From a virus (Duplodnaviria; Heunggongvirae; Uroviricota; Caudoviricetes), in IMG/VR virus record IMGVR_UViG_3300025602_000002, positions 102,718 to 166,717 of that record: 64,000 nucleotides of DNA; one strand, 5' to 3'. Below, one piece after another: positions 25,702-34,133 of this stretch. Position 1 is the first letter of the stretch, and each line of letters begins with the position of its first letter. A program made the position numbers and the translations under genes. Under the pieces are notes generated by a model, which saw only the letters and a list, made by a program, of their open reading frames with translations, was not told the origin of the DNA and ran no database searches.

Positions 25702-26735
25702 ATTAAGGGCTTTATGTTTTTCCCTTGTAACATTGTAAATACTAAAGAAATTATTTGTTTATTTCCAATATTTATGACTTTTTCTGCTACTGCTTTGGAA
25801 GTTCGTTTTTTCATATCAATTGATTCTGGGAAACTAGTTATAAGGTGCATGTATTGTTTACAAGCAGTGTTTGCTAATATCACATAATTCTCTCTAAAGT
25901 TATCTATAGAGGTATGAAGCCATTTATAGTATTCATCTGGTACAATATCAATTAACTCTTGTATATCTAATTCTGGATCTGATAAGTATTTCCATACCGT
26001 TTTATCATTGCAAAGCTGCAATATACGGTGATGTCTTACATACCAGTCAAATTTTACTTTAACTCTGAACCCGTTATCATATGCTAACACAAATCCTTCT
26101 TTGTTTTCTTGATTTGGTACATTATATAACTCACTTACATCGCAATCATGTTCATATAGCTCTGTTCTTGGTATACAAGTAGTAACAGCGTGCAACCCTA
26201 TCTCTCTGCCAGTAAACGTATCGCGTACTGCCAATAGCCTTAGGTCGCTCTCTGGGTAGGTGATACAGGTCATCCCCCCTTTCTTAAGAGTAGGTGTTAA
26301 GAACTCATAGCAGTATGTGAAGTCCTCCCTTATAGTAAGGTCAGGGTATTTTTCTTCTAAGACTACATTGGCCTCTGTAATATATTCATTATCAAAAGAG
26401 CCTCTTGTAGATTTAATTAAATGCCCCCTCCACATAACCATTATAAATAGACATCCGTCTAGTTTATTAAAAATGCTGTAGTGGTCATCTGGGAGCTCGA
26501 TACCTAGTCCTTCTAATTCTGTATAGTTGAAAAATTTTCTAAAAGGGTTGGCTACTACAGTTCCATATTCATCTAGTATAAGACCCCTACATCTAGTAGT
26601 GGTATCGTTCCAATTTCGAGCATACTGTGTGGCATGGGTATAATTATATATCCAAAGTGGAAACTCTGGATGTTTTCTTCGCTTTACCCACCCTTCCTTT
26701 ATTTGGGTTTCTAAAACTGTTAGGACTGTATTCAT
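25662..26735 (-). CDS. Second RNA ligase (Rnl2-like family)
   Basis: KxDG motif FNKLDGCLFIM; 357 aa. Confidence 0.5.
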   Translation of the reverse strand: MNTVLTVLETQIKEGWVKRRKHPEFPLWIYNYTHATQYARNWNDTTTRCRGLILDEYGTVVANPFRKFFNYTELEGLGIELPDDHYSIFNKLDGCLFIMVMWRGHLIKSTRGSFDNEYITEANVVLEEKYPDLTIREDFTYCYEFLTPTLKKGGMTCITYPESDLRLLAVRDTFTGREIGLHAVTTCIPRTELYEHDCDVSELYNVPNQENKEGFVLAYDNGFRVKVKFDWYVRHHRILQLCNDKTVWKYLSDPELDIQELIDIVPDEYYKWLHTSIDNFRENYVILANTACKQYMHLITSFPESIDMKKRTSKAVAEKVINIGNKQIISLVFTMLQGKNIKPLIWKYLKPKQTEKK

Positions 26736-26738
26736 TAT

Positions 26739-27755
26739 TTACCTTTTTGTTTTAAAGCCTATATTATGAGAAGAAATTGCTACTTCAGACGTAGCTACCT
26801 CTTGCCTTAGTTTATTAATTCTGTCTATTGATACTTTATAATCTGTATCTAACATTATGACGCTTACTATGAGTTCTTTAATATGTGCGAAAGACCAGTT
26901 ATTAGTATCTTTTACCCAAGTATTTAATTCTTTACCCTTTAAACTACTCTTTAATTGTAAATATTTTTTACGAGTAATTTCATCTGGGTAATCCTGGTGC
27001 ATAACCCTGTCAAACCTCGAAGGTCTATTTTTTAAAGATGTAGGAAGCCGTTCTGGATAAGCAGTTGTAGCTAAAAATACAACATTATTTATTACTCCTA
27101 TTCCATCTAGTAAATCCAGAATCTTTGCTTCAGCTACTGGATCCATTATAATTCTGTCAATGTCTTCAATTATAACAAGTATGGGCCTATTCCCCTCAAT
27201 ATCTCTTATTCTAGTAATACCTTCTGATACTACAAAAGAGCTATCAAATACTAAATATCCTTTTTGAATACAATTTGACATTACTATTTTCATTGTACTA
27301 TTTTTTCCTGAGCCGTCTCCACCATAAATTAGAATTCCTCTTTTATGGCTTTCTCCCCAAGCTTTATAAGCTGATCCAAGTTTCCAAAATTTTCCTAATT
27401 CTAATAATATTTCTTCAGCTATTGAATTACTAAATAAAATTAGGTCCGAGGCTTCTAGCTCAATATTTAAGAACTCTACGGCGGCTCCTCTAGATTCTAA
27501 TACTTCATAATACCCTGCTGGTAAAATTTTTACAAAAGCTGAAGCTGGTAAAAAAGTTCCTTGTTCATTGGTTAAATATCCAGAGGTTACGTTTTCAAGA
27601 TTTAGGTTTTTATCTTCGGGGAGTAGGGCGCTATTCTGGCTATCTTCGGATAAAAAAGTTTCAGGTTCACTATTATTATATAATTCTGAACTTGTAATCT
27701 CTTTTTTCCTAAATTTATCAATTTGTTTTTTATCTACTTCTATTTTGCTAGTCAT
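26739..27755 (-). CDS. AAA-type ATPase
   Basis: Walker A ILIYGGDGSGKNST and a Walker-B-like hhhhDD segment ILVIIEDID. Confidence 0.5.
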   Translation of the reverse strand: MTSKIEVDKKQIDKFRKKEITSSELYNNSEPETFLSEDSQNSALLPEDKNLNLENVTSGYLTNEQGTFLPASAFVKILPAGYYEVLESRGAAVEFLNIELEASDLILFSNSIAEEILLELGKFWKLGSAYKAWGESHKRGILIYGGDGSGKNSTMKIVMSNCIQKGYLVFDSSFVVSEGITRIRDIEGNRPILVIIEDIDRIIMDPVAEAKILDLLDGIGVINNVVFLATTAYPERLPTSLKNRPSRFDRVMHQDYPDEITRKKYLQLKSSLKGKELNTWVKDTNNWSFAHIKELIVSVIMLDTDYKVSIDRINKLRQEVATSEVAISSHNIGFKTKR

Positions 27756-27765
27756 AAATCTCCAT

Positions 27766-27800
27766 AAAGAAAAACGGGGCCGAAACCCCGTTTATATATT
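27766..27800. terminator. Bidirectional rho-independent terminator
   Basis: Hairpin ACGGGG-CCGAAA-CCCCGT flanked by an A-run and a T-run. It lies immediately 3' of CDS 27799..28650 on the minus strand. Confidence 0.65.
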
Positions 27801-28650
27801 AATATCTAGTTGTACACGCTGGACAACATATCCAGGTAGACTTTTTTCGTCTAAGTCCACATTTTTGGCAATAACGTTTCTCTAAATCATTTACCGTAAT
27901 AGGTTTTAATGACATAGGTAATAATTTATAGGTTACTACATGAGAGGGAGTATGCTCAAATTTTTGATAGCTTCTTCCGAACTTTTGTTCTGAATGACTA
28001 CCTTGTTTAATTCTACCCGTCTCTTTCATAGGCGCGCTTGCAAAGCATGCGGTTGTAAGTACTTCGCCACTATCTTCTATCATACCCATAGCCATTTGAG
28101 GCTCTGCTGGATTTGAGCATCTTGTGCCCCTAGCGCTATACATACTTGGCGCTGACATGCCGCTAATTCCCGTGAATTCGCCAGCAAGGTCGGTCCACCA
28201 AGTATTATCGTTGGTTAGTATATCACCTTCCCATGTAAACGGTCTTGGGTAGACATTAGGATTAGTGTATGGGCTACAGTATTTATGCTCGATAGGAAAT
28301 GACTCTCGATAAAACTCTATCTCTAGTAATCCGTTCTCGGCTATAGCTTTGTCTATTTCCTCAGTATCTTCTACGTTATATGTTGAAAATTCAAACTTTC
28401 GATCTACTTCGATATGTCGTTCCAGAAAATAATGCTGTCCAGGGTCAAGCACAAGCCCGCCATTGGAAATATATTTTCCATTAAGTTTTATCCTCAATTT
28501 ACAGGAAGAAGTTTCTAAGTTAGTAAGTTCGATTTCAAATTCGTCTTTATCATTTAAGTAATAAGTTGCTTCTATGCCATTCCAGACATCTAATTGGCTA
28601 TATACTTTTAAACGATTCTTTTGAATTGTAAGGTTGGTTTTTATATTCAT
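27799..28650 (-). CDS. Hypothetical protein with a C-terminal zinc ribbon
   Basis: 283 aa; C-terminal CQKCG...CCPACTTRY. Confidence 0.45.
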   Translation of the reverse strand: MNIKTNLTIQKNRLKVYSQLDVWNGIEATYYLNDKDEFEIELTNLETSSCKLRIKLNGKYISNGGLVLDPGQHYFLERHIEVDRKFEFSTYNVEDTEEIDKAIAENGLLEIEFYRESFPIEHKYCSPYTNPNVYPRPFTWEGDILTNDNTWWTDLAGEFTGISGMSAPSMYSARGTRCSNPAEPQMAMGMIEDSGEVLTTACFASAPMKETGRIKQGSHSEQKFGRSYQKFEHTPSHVVTYKLLPMSLKPITVNDLEKRYCQKCGLRRKKSTWICCPACTTRY

Positions 28651-28786
28651 TATTGTTACCTTGTGTTTACGTCAAATTTGTGTGGAATTGCCACACTCAA
28701 ATGCCACATATTTAATATGACACTCTGATACAATTATCAGGTCTCTTAAATATAACTATTATTTTTAATATAACCAACTATTATAT

Positions 28787-29068
28787 TTATAGCGTAAGCA
28801 TGTCTCCATGCCCACTATCTAGTTTGATACTAGTGCACCCTGCGTTGGGCATACCAAAATCGTCTAGTGGTTCAAATCCGTCGTATTCTCCGCAAATATA
28901 TCCGGTGTAATATAATATATCATCATCGTCATACATTTCGAATTTTCTGCCGAATTCTGTAATTTCTTCTTCGGAATATACAGCCCCTCCTGGGCCTAAT
29001 GTTCCTAATTCATCTTTTAAACTTTCAAGATGGCTTTCGGTTATAATCCAAGCATAAGCTCTACTCAT
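28787..29068 (-). CDS. Hypothetical acidic protein
   Basis: ORF of 93 aa. Confidence 0.35.
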   Translation of the reverse strand: MSRAYAWIITESHLESLKDELGTLGPGGAVYSEEEITEFGRKFEMYDDDDILYYTGYICGEYDGFEPLDDFGMPNAGCTSIKLDSGHGDMLTL

Positions 29069-29081
29069 AGTAGTTTATTGG

Positions 29082-29438
29082 TTAATTAAATAAATATCTC
29101 GGTATTATTATTAAGATAGCTGTAATTACCCAAAGAATCCCAGTACCCATAAATCCGGCTAACATACTTATTAACGCAGTTCCAAAAGTTATTATTATTA
29201 GTTCTTTAGAAGTGCAAAAATTTTCAGTAAATTTTAACATCTCTGTTGACTTGGTATTTATATCTATAGCAGAAGAATCGTCCGTCGTCGCTAACTTTAC
29301 TATATGTATAATAACTAATGTTATTAACGCTATAGTAGTTAAAGTTATGAAAAAGAATATTAGTCCCTCTATGTGAAGTAAGAACATTATTGCAGGTATT
29401 AGTAGTAATAATGTCTTCTTATATTTCATATTAATCAT
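29082..29438 (-). CDS. Membrane protein
   Basis: Three or four transmembrane helices. Confidence 0.4.
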   Translation of the reverse strand: MINMKYKKTLLLLIPAIMFLLHIEGLIFFFITLTTIALITLVIIHIVKLATTDDSSAIDINTKSTEMLKFTENFCTSKELIIITFGTALISMLAGFMGTGILWVITAILIIIPRYLFN

Positions 29439-29784
29439 CTTCTGTTTCCTTTTGTTTTTGTTTTTGTACTAGTTTACATACAGCTTCGTATTTTTTAGGC
29501 TCTTCTTTAGCCTCACTATAGTTACTATAAACTCTTTCCATTTCTTCTTTTATTTCTTGTGCAGTTTGAATGTTGTTGAGAATTTTAATAGGGCCGTCAT
29601 GCTCAATTCGAATTGAACCGATACAAGGTTCACCCCAACCTTCATCCATATGTTCTTGATCTAGTTCAGCTAATTTTTCACTTTCCATTAATTGTGGATA
29701 AGCACTTCCATCCCCACCGTTTTGTACACTGTACCATATTTTAGTTATCATTATTGTTTTTTTTTGATTTAGTTTAGTTGACAT
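29431..29784 (-). CDS. Hypothetical protein
   Basis: ORF of 117 aa. Confidence 0.35.
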   Translation of the reverse strand: MSTKLNQKKTIMITKIWYSVQNGGDGSAYPQLMESEKLAELDQEHMDEGWGEPCIGSIRIEHDGPIKILNNIQTAQEIKEEMERVYSNYSEAKEEPKKYEAVCKLVQKQKQKETEDD

Positions 29785-30073
29785 GCTCTCTAGTATTTAG
29801 AATAGCTTTTACATGTTTAACGAAGGCTTCCCAATCATCACTTAACTTCTTTAAAGCCTTAGCTTCTTCATCTGTTACATTTTTATAACTCGATGTAACA
29901 ACTCCATCCTTGTCTTCATACCATAGAACTTCGCATCTGAATTCGCAACAGTAAAACATACAAGTTTTTCGTAGCTTATTTCGAATCGATTTATAGTAAG
30001 ATAGTAGGCGTTTAGTATTCAATTTGTGCAGCTGTTTATCAGTCAGTATATTAATTTCGTCTTGTAATTCCAT
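29774..30073 (-). CDS. Hypothetical protein
   Basis: ORF of 99 aa. Confidence 0.35.
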   Translation of the reverse strand: MELQDEINILTDKQLHKLNTKRLLSYYKSIRNKLRKTCMFYCCEFRCEVLWYEDKDGVVTSSYKNVTDEEAKALKKLSDDWEAFVKHVKAILNTREHVN

Positions 30074-30092
30074 AGGTTTCCTTTTTTGATTG

Positions 30093-30165
30093 CTGTAACG
30101 ACGAGACTCGAACTCGCAACCACTGCATTAACAGTGCAGCGCTCCACCAATTGAGCTACGTTACA
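30093..30165 (-). tRNA. tRNA-Asn(GTT)
   Basis: Perfect acceptor TGTAACG/CGTTACA, D-arm GCTC-AATTGGTG-GAGC, anticodon stem CTGCA/TGCAG with loop CTGTTAA, T-arm GCGAG-TTCGAGT-CTCGT. Confidence 0.75.
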
Positions 30166-30176
30166 GATTTAATTTA

Positions 30177-30428
30177 TTAGGTCATTTTTGGATAATCAAT
30201 GGAAGAGGCGTGATACTTACCAGCTAAAACATCCAGTTTTTCCATTTCAAAGCTTACTTTTAATACTTGATGAACTGGATAATAACTCATAATTCCATTT
30301 TCAACGTTACGCCATCCTTCTGTTATTATTCTATGTGCATGCTCTCGAGCCACTGCTGAATCACTTACTTCATACTTGAATACTCTTCCGTCTTGCATAT
30401 ACACATTTATTGTAATTGACTTTTTCAT
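30177..30428 (-). CDS. Hypothetical protein
   Basis: ORF of 83 aa, downstream of tRNA-Asn. Confidence 0.35.
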   Translation of the reverse strand: MKKSITINVYMQDGRVFKYEVSDSAVAREHAHRIITEGWRNVENGIMSYYPVHQVLKVSFEMEKLDVLAGKYHASSIDYPKMT

Positions 30429-30657
30429 TTTATCTTTTATTGGTTGATTTTGCTAAATAAGCCTCTTCATCTTCTTTCCAGTTTCCTGTAAGCTCTGGAT
30501 AAATTTCAAAAAACATTCCTGAATTTAATAGTTTATCATAACCTTCTCGAAGATTATCCATTAACTCTTCATATCTTTTGGCAACAGCGTCATCTACTGT
30601 ATGCTCATGATTATAAACAATTATTTTTTTTCATTTGGTTCCTTTTTAATGGGGGCG

Positions 30658-30728
30658 TGAAGGCGGTAGGAATCGAACCTACGTCGGCGGCTTAAAGGGC
30701 CGCTGCTAAACCACTCAGCTACGCCTCC
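30658..30728 (-). tRNA. tRNA-Lys(TTT)-like
   Basis: Acceptor GGAGGCG/CGCCTTC, anticodon stem GCGGC/GCCGC with loop CCTTTAA (C at position 33), T-arm GTAGG-TTCGATT-CCTAC. Confidence 0.45.
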
Positions 30729-30814
30729 ACAGTTTTTATATTATGAGTGTTAATATTAATAGTAGTGCTACAAAATGTAGGAACTGGTCAAAACCTATAG
30801 TATTAAACATAAAC

Positions 30815-31129
30815 CTAATTTTGTTTAAAGCAAATGCTTTTTTTTACTATTCTACTAGTAACAGCGTCTATCCATAAATGTGACATAAATAATAAAGACC
30901 AGCATAGCGCTGCATTTCCTAATGAAATAGTTATTATTGTGCCAAGAGAGGGCGCTAGCATTATAAACGCCGTCAATACAGTGGCATATACTACACAATG
31001 TAAAATTAGAATGCCCCAGTGTTCATGTTTTTTTGAAGCCATTTCCTGTGTTTGAAACAAGAAATCTGCTACCCAATGAACTAGCAATACAACTAGTATT
31101 ATGTGAACTGTAAATGTTGTAGTTAACAT
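30815..31129 (-). CDS. Membrane protein
   Basis: Four predicted transmembrane helices. Confidence 0.4.
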   Translation of the reverse strand: MLTTTFTVHIILVVLLVHWVADFLFQTQEMASKKHEHWGILILHCVVYATVLTAFIMLAPSLGTIITISLGNAALCWSLLFMSHLWIDAVTSRIVKKSICFKQN

Positions 31130-31410
31130 TAGCAGCCTTTATAGTGGGAATCGTAACGTTCTATAAACGCGGCTAACCACCCTGCTAATAAAAGGCAGCC
31201 CGCTATCGTAATAGGAGTACTAGGTAGTATAATTCCTCCAGCTATTACAAATACTCCTGTCAAGAAGTTCAGTAGTAATCTTAATGCTCCGAAAAATTTA
31301 AAATTCATTTTGTGTTCCTTATTATTTTTATTAATTAAAATACTTATCGTAAGTATTGAGGGATGAGTCGGATTCGAACCGACACAGTCCAGGGTTGCAG
31401 CCTGTCGCAT
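31129..31410 (-). CDS. Small membrane protein
   Basis: Two transmembrane helices. The N-terminal part of the ORF overlaps tRNA-Cys and the true start is probably internal. Confidence 0.3.
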   Translation of the reverse strand: MRQAATLDCVGSNPTHPSILTISILINKNNKEHKMNFKFFGALRLLLNFLTGVFVIAGGIILPSTPITIAGCLLLAGWLAAFIERYDSHYKGC

Positions 31411-31433
31411 TAACCAATTTTGCTTACCATCCC
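31359..31433 (-). tRNA. tRNA-Cys(GCA)
   Basis: Acceptor GGGATGG/TCATCCC, anticodon loop CTGCAAC, T-arm GTCGG-TTCGAAT-CCGAC. Confidence 0.5.
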
Positions 31434-31450
31434 TAATTTTTTATCTAAAA

Positions 31451-31484
31451 AGAAAGAGGGCGGATATTGCACCGCTCTCTTTCT
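31451..31484 (-). terminator. Rho-independent terminator after hflC
   Basis: 12-bp stem AGAAAGAGGGCGG/CCGCTCTCTTTCT with one mismatch and loop ATATTGCA, followed on the minus strand by a T-run. Confidence 0.6.
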
Positions 31485-31510
31485 AATCTTTTAAATGTGG
31501 CTTCTAGTAT

Positions 31511-32470
31511 CTATTCAAACAATACTTTTAAGACACCATTTCTGCTGGTCATCATTATGTTGGTCGACGGTGTTACCGCTTTCTCCAACGTTTCCAACGA
31601 TTTCACAAAATTATAAAAGTCTGGATCTGCGCCATAAGCTTCTGCGTAGATCTTGGTAGCTGTTGCATCAGCTGTACCTTTAATCATCTCAGACTCATTA
31701 TAAGCCTCAGACATTAGATTTTTTATTTTGTTATTTCGTCTTCCAGCTAATTCCTGTCTCTCTTTCTGCCCCTGGGCGCGATATTTCTGAGCAATTCGTG
31801 ACTGCTCTGAAACCATTCTATCCTGTATCTTTTTCTTGACTACATTGGTAAAATTTACCCGTTTCAGCTGAACGTCTATAATTTCGATTCCTAATTTACG
31901 TTCGGCTAGTTTTGATTGAGCCATTGCCAGGATTTTAGCCACAATTTCGTCTCGGATTCCTGGTTGCATGAAGCTGGACTCGGTGCCCTGATCTTCAGTA
32001 TTTGTATCTGAGGTTTCCTGCGAACGTAACACCATCTCCCGATTACTAGACCGTACAATTTGAGACATTACATGCTCAGCAATTATGTCACGTGAGCTAC
32101 CATCTATTACATCATCAATTCGAGATTGTGCCTGGTTTTCACGACCACCTACAGCTTTATGATATTCCTGAGGATCACTAATTCTCCATCTGGCAAATAC
32201 ATCAATAAAGACATATTTATTATCTTTTGTAGGTAATTCTTCGGCATCCCCATCCCATTCCAGAATACGTTTGTCATAAACATGCTTATTCTGAATGTAA
32301 GGAATCTTCAGGTGAACCCCTGCGTCAGTAATCGCTTCGCCGCGAATTTTACCAAACTGAGTAATCACCACTTGTTCTTTTTCATCGATAACGTATAAAC
32401 CGCTAAAGAATCCAAAAAGCAGGAACATAAAGAGGAATATGAAAGCCCCTTTTTTAACTGTCAATTCCAT
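31511..32470 (-). CDS. hflC: HflC-like SPFH/band-7 protein
   Basis: N-terminal transmembrane helix followed by an SPFH domain; paired with the upstream HflK-like gene. Confidence 0.65.
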   Translation of the reverse strand: MELTVKKGAFIFLFMFLLFGFFSGLYVIDEKEQVVITQFGKIRGEAITDAGVHLKIPYIQNKHVYDKRILEWDGDAEELPTKDNKYVFIDVFARWRISDPQEYHKAVGGRENQAQSRIDDVIDGSSRDIIAEHVMSQIVRSSNREMVLRSQETSDTNTEDQGTESSFMQPGIRDEIVAKILAMAQSKLAERKLGIEIIDVQLKRVNFTNVVKKKIQDRMVSEQSRIAQKYRAQGQKERQELAGRRNNKIKNLMSEAYNESEMIKGTADATATKIYAEAYGADPDFYNFVKSLETLEKAVTPSTNIMMTSRNGVLKVLFE

Positions 32471-32472
32471 AA

Positions 32473-33396
32473 CTAGTTGCCTCCCAAATTAAAGTGTGGT
32501 AGTGCTGAAATGTTTTCATCAATAAACCAAACGTTTTCTGCTGTCGGTAGAATTTTCTGCATTGTTTCAAAATATAAACGGTCCTTAGTTACCTTAGGAT
32601 TTACTTTATACTCATTATATACTGCAGTAAACCAAGCTGTGTTACCTTTAGCTTCGTTAACTCTTTCGATAGCATAACCATTTGCTTCCTCAACCAGTCT
32701 TGCCGCTTCACCTTCAGTTTCTGTTACCTGCTTGGTGTAGTCTTCCCTGGCCTCATTAATAGTAGTCTCCTGCGTTTGCTCAGCAGAATTTACTTCTTTA
32801 AAGGCAGCCTGAACTAGCGGAGGTGGATCAACAGTTTTCAACTGAACCAACTCTACGATAATGCCGCATTCATATAATGTTAGCATATCCTGCAGGTGAG
32901 TCTTGGCCGTATTGGCTATAGCTACACGATCTTTTTGTAATACTTCATAGAAGGAGCGATCCCCTACCATTAAACGCATTACACTTTCCGAACCGTCTCG
33001 CAAGAGCTCTTCAGGGTTTCTAGTGGCAAACAAATACTGATAAGGATCATTAATCTTATATTGTACAACCCATTGTAGGTACACAATATTTAAATCCCCT
33101 GTCAGCATTTCTGATTCTTCGACGAATCCGCTTTTGTTGTAGTTGGTATTTTTACCAGCAGATACAGTTCTAAATCCAAATTCGGCTTTATATTCATACT
33201 CAGTTCTCACTTTGTATGCTTCATCAATCCCGAACGGAATCTTAAATTGTAGTCCTCCAACAGCGGTAGTACTATTGTACTTCCCCAAACGGAGCACGAC
33301 TGCTTGTTCATTAGCGTCTAGCGTGTATGCAGCTGAGAATGTACCCCAGAGCACTACAACGACTATAGCTATTAAAATGCCTAGCGCTTTGTTCAT
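32473..33396 (-). CDS. hflK: HflK-like SPFH/band-7 protein
   Basis: N-terminal transmembrane helix plus SPFH domain, with a coiled-coil C-terminus. Confidence 0.65.
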   Translation of the reverse strand: MNKALGILIAIVVVVLWGTFSAAYTLDANEQAVVLRLGKYNSTTAVGGLQFKIPFGIDEAYKVRTEYEYKAEFGFRTVSAGKNTNYNKSGFVEESEMLTGDLNIVYLQWVVQYKINDPYQYLFATRNPEELLRDGSESVMRLMVGDRSFYEVLQKDRVAIANTAKTHLQDMLTLYECGIIVELVQLKTVDPPPLVQAAFKEVNSAEQTQETTINEAREDYTKQVTETEGEAARLVEEANGYAIERVNEAKGNTAWFTAVYNEYKVNPKVTKDRLYFETMQKILPTAENVWFIDENISALPHFNLGGN

Positions 33397-33399
33397 GCG

Positions 33400-33591
33400 T
33401 TATCCTTTTTCTTTTGTTATGGCGTCTTTGAGGCTAGCGATTTGTTCTTTCAGGCGGTTGCCTAATTGTAAATCCCCTAGTTCTCTTGTTAATTTATTTA
33501 CTTTACGAACCTCTTTTGGTACTAAAGCATAATATAACATTATGACTATCAGTAGTCCAATAATCCCTCGTAAAAATAGTAATCCGAACAT
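33400..33591 (-). CDS. Small membrane protein
   Basis: 63 aa with one transmembrane helix; in an operon with hflKC. Confidence 0.35.
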   Translation of the reverse strand: MFGLLFLRGIIGLLIVIMLYYALVPKEVRKVNKLTRELGDLQLGNRLKEQIASLKDAITKEKG

Positions 33592-33599
33592 GTATGTTA

Positions 33600-34127
33600 C
33601 TACTCCTTATCTAAATATCCCGGAAGGTTATAAGTCTTTATTAATTTTAGAAACGCTTCCAAATTACCCATAGCGTCATCGATAGAGCTATGTGTATGAG
33701 GAGTATCTCTCAGGTGTTTGAAGTTTTCAAAAGGAGTTTGAACCAACCCTTTAAAAAGACTTCCTAGGTTTGCACTTGAGTGCCCAAAGGGATTTATCCC
33801 TAAGTACTTATGACAGTAATAATTTATGAACTGCCAATCATGCCCATTGTTATCAGATATAAACATCGGCCTTCCTTTTGAAGTTTCTTTTACAAACTCT
33901 GCTAAAGTTTTTATAGCTTCTTCAGGATCTCCGTATCCAAGAGTTTCTTCCCTAGTTACCCCTATCTTTTCTAAAGCTTCAGGTTTCCATAGGTTAGTAA
34001 TAGGCCTTAGGCGCTCGTGGACGGACTCGTCCTTCGCTTCCGTGACCCTTATTGCTGCAAACTCTACCATAGAGAATATTCCAGGGCATTCCCCGTCAGA
34101 CTCTATGTCTATCATGAAATAACTCAT
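33600..34127 (-). CDS. DEDD-family 3'-5' exonuclease
   Basis: Exo I motif MIDIESDG and Exo III motif HSSIDDAMG. Confidence 0.6.
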   Translation of the reverse strand: MSYFMIDIESDGECPGIFSMVEFAAIRVTEAKDESVHERLRPITNLWKPEALEKIGVTREETLGYGDPEEAIKTLAEFVKETSKGRPMFISDNNGHDWQFINYYCHKYLGINPFGHSSANLGSLFKGLVQTPFENFKHLRDTPHTHSSIDDAMGNLEAFLKLIKTYNLPGYLDKE

Positions 34128-34133
34128 ACTACA

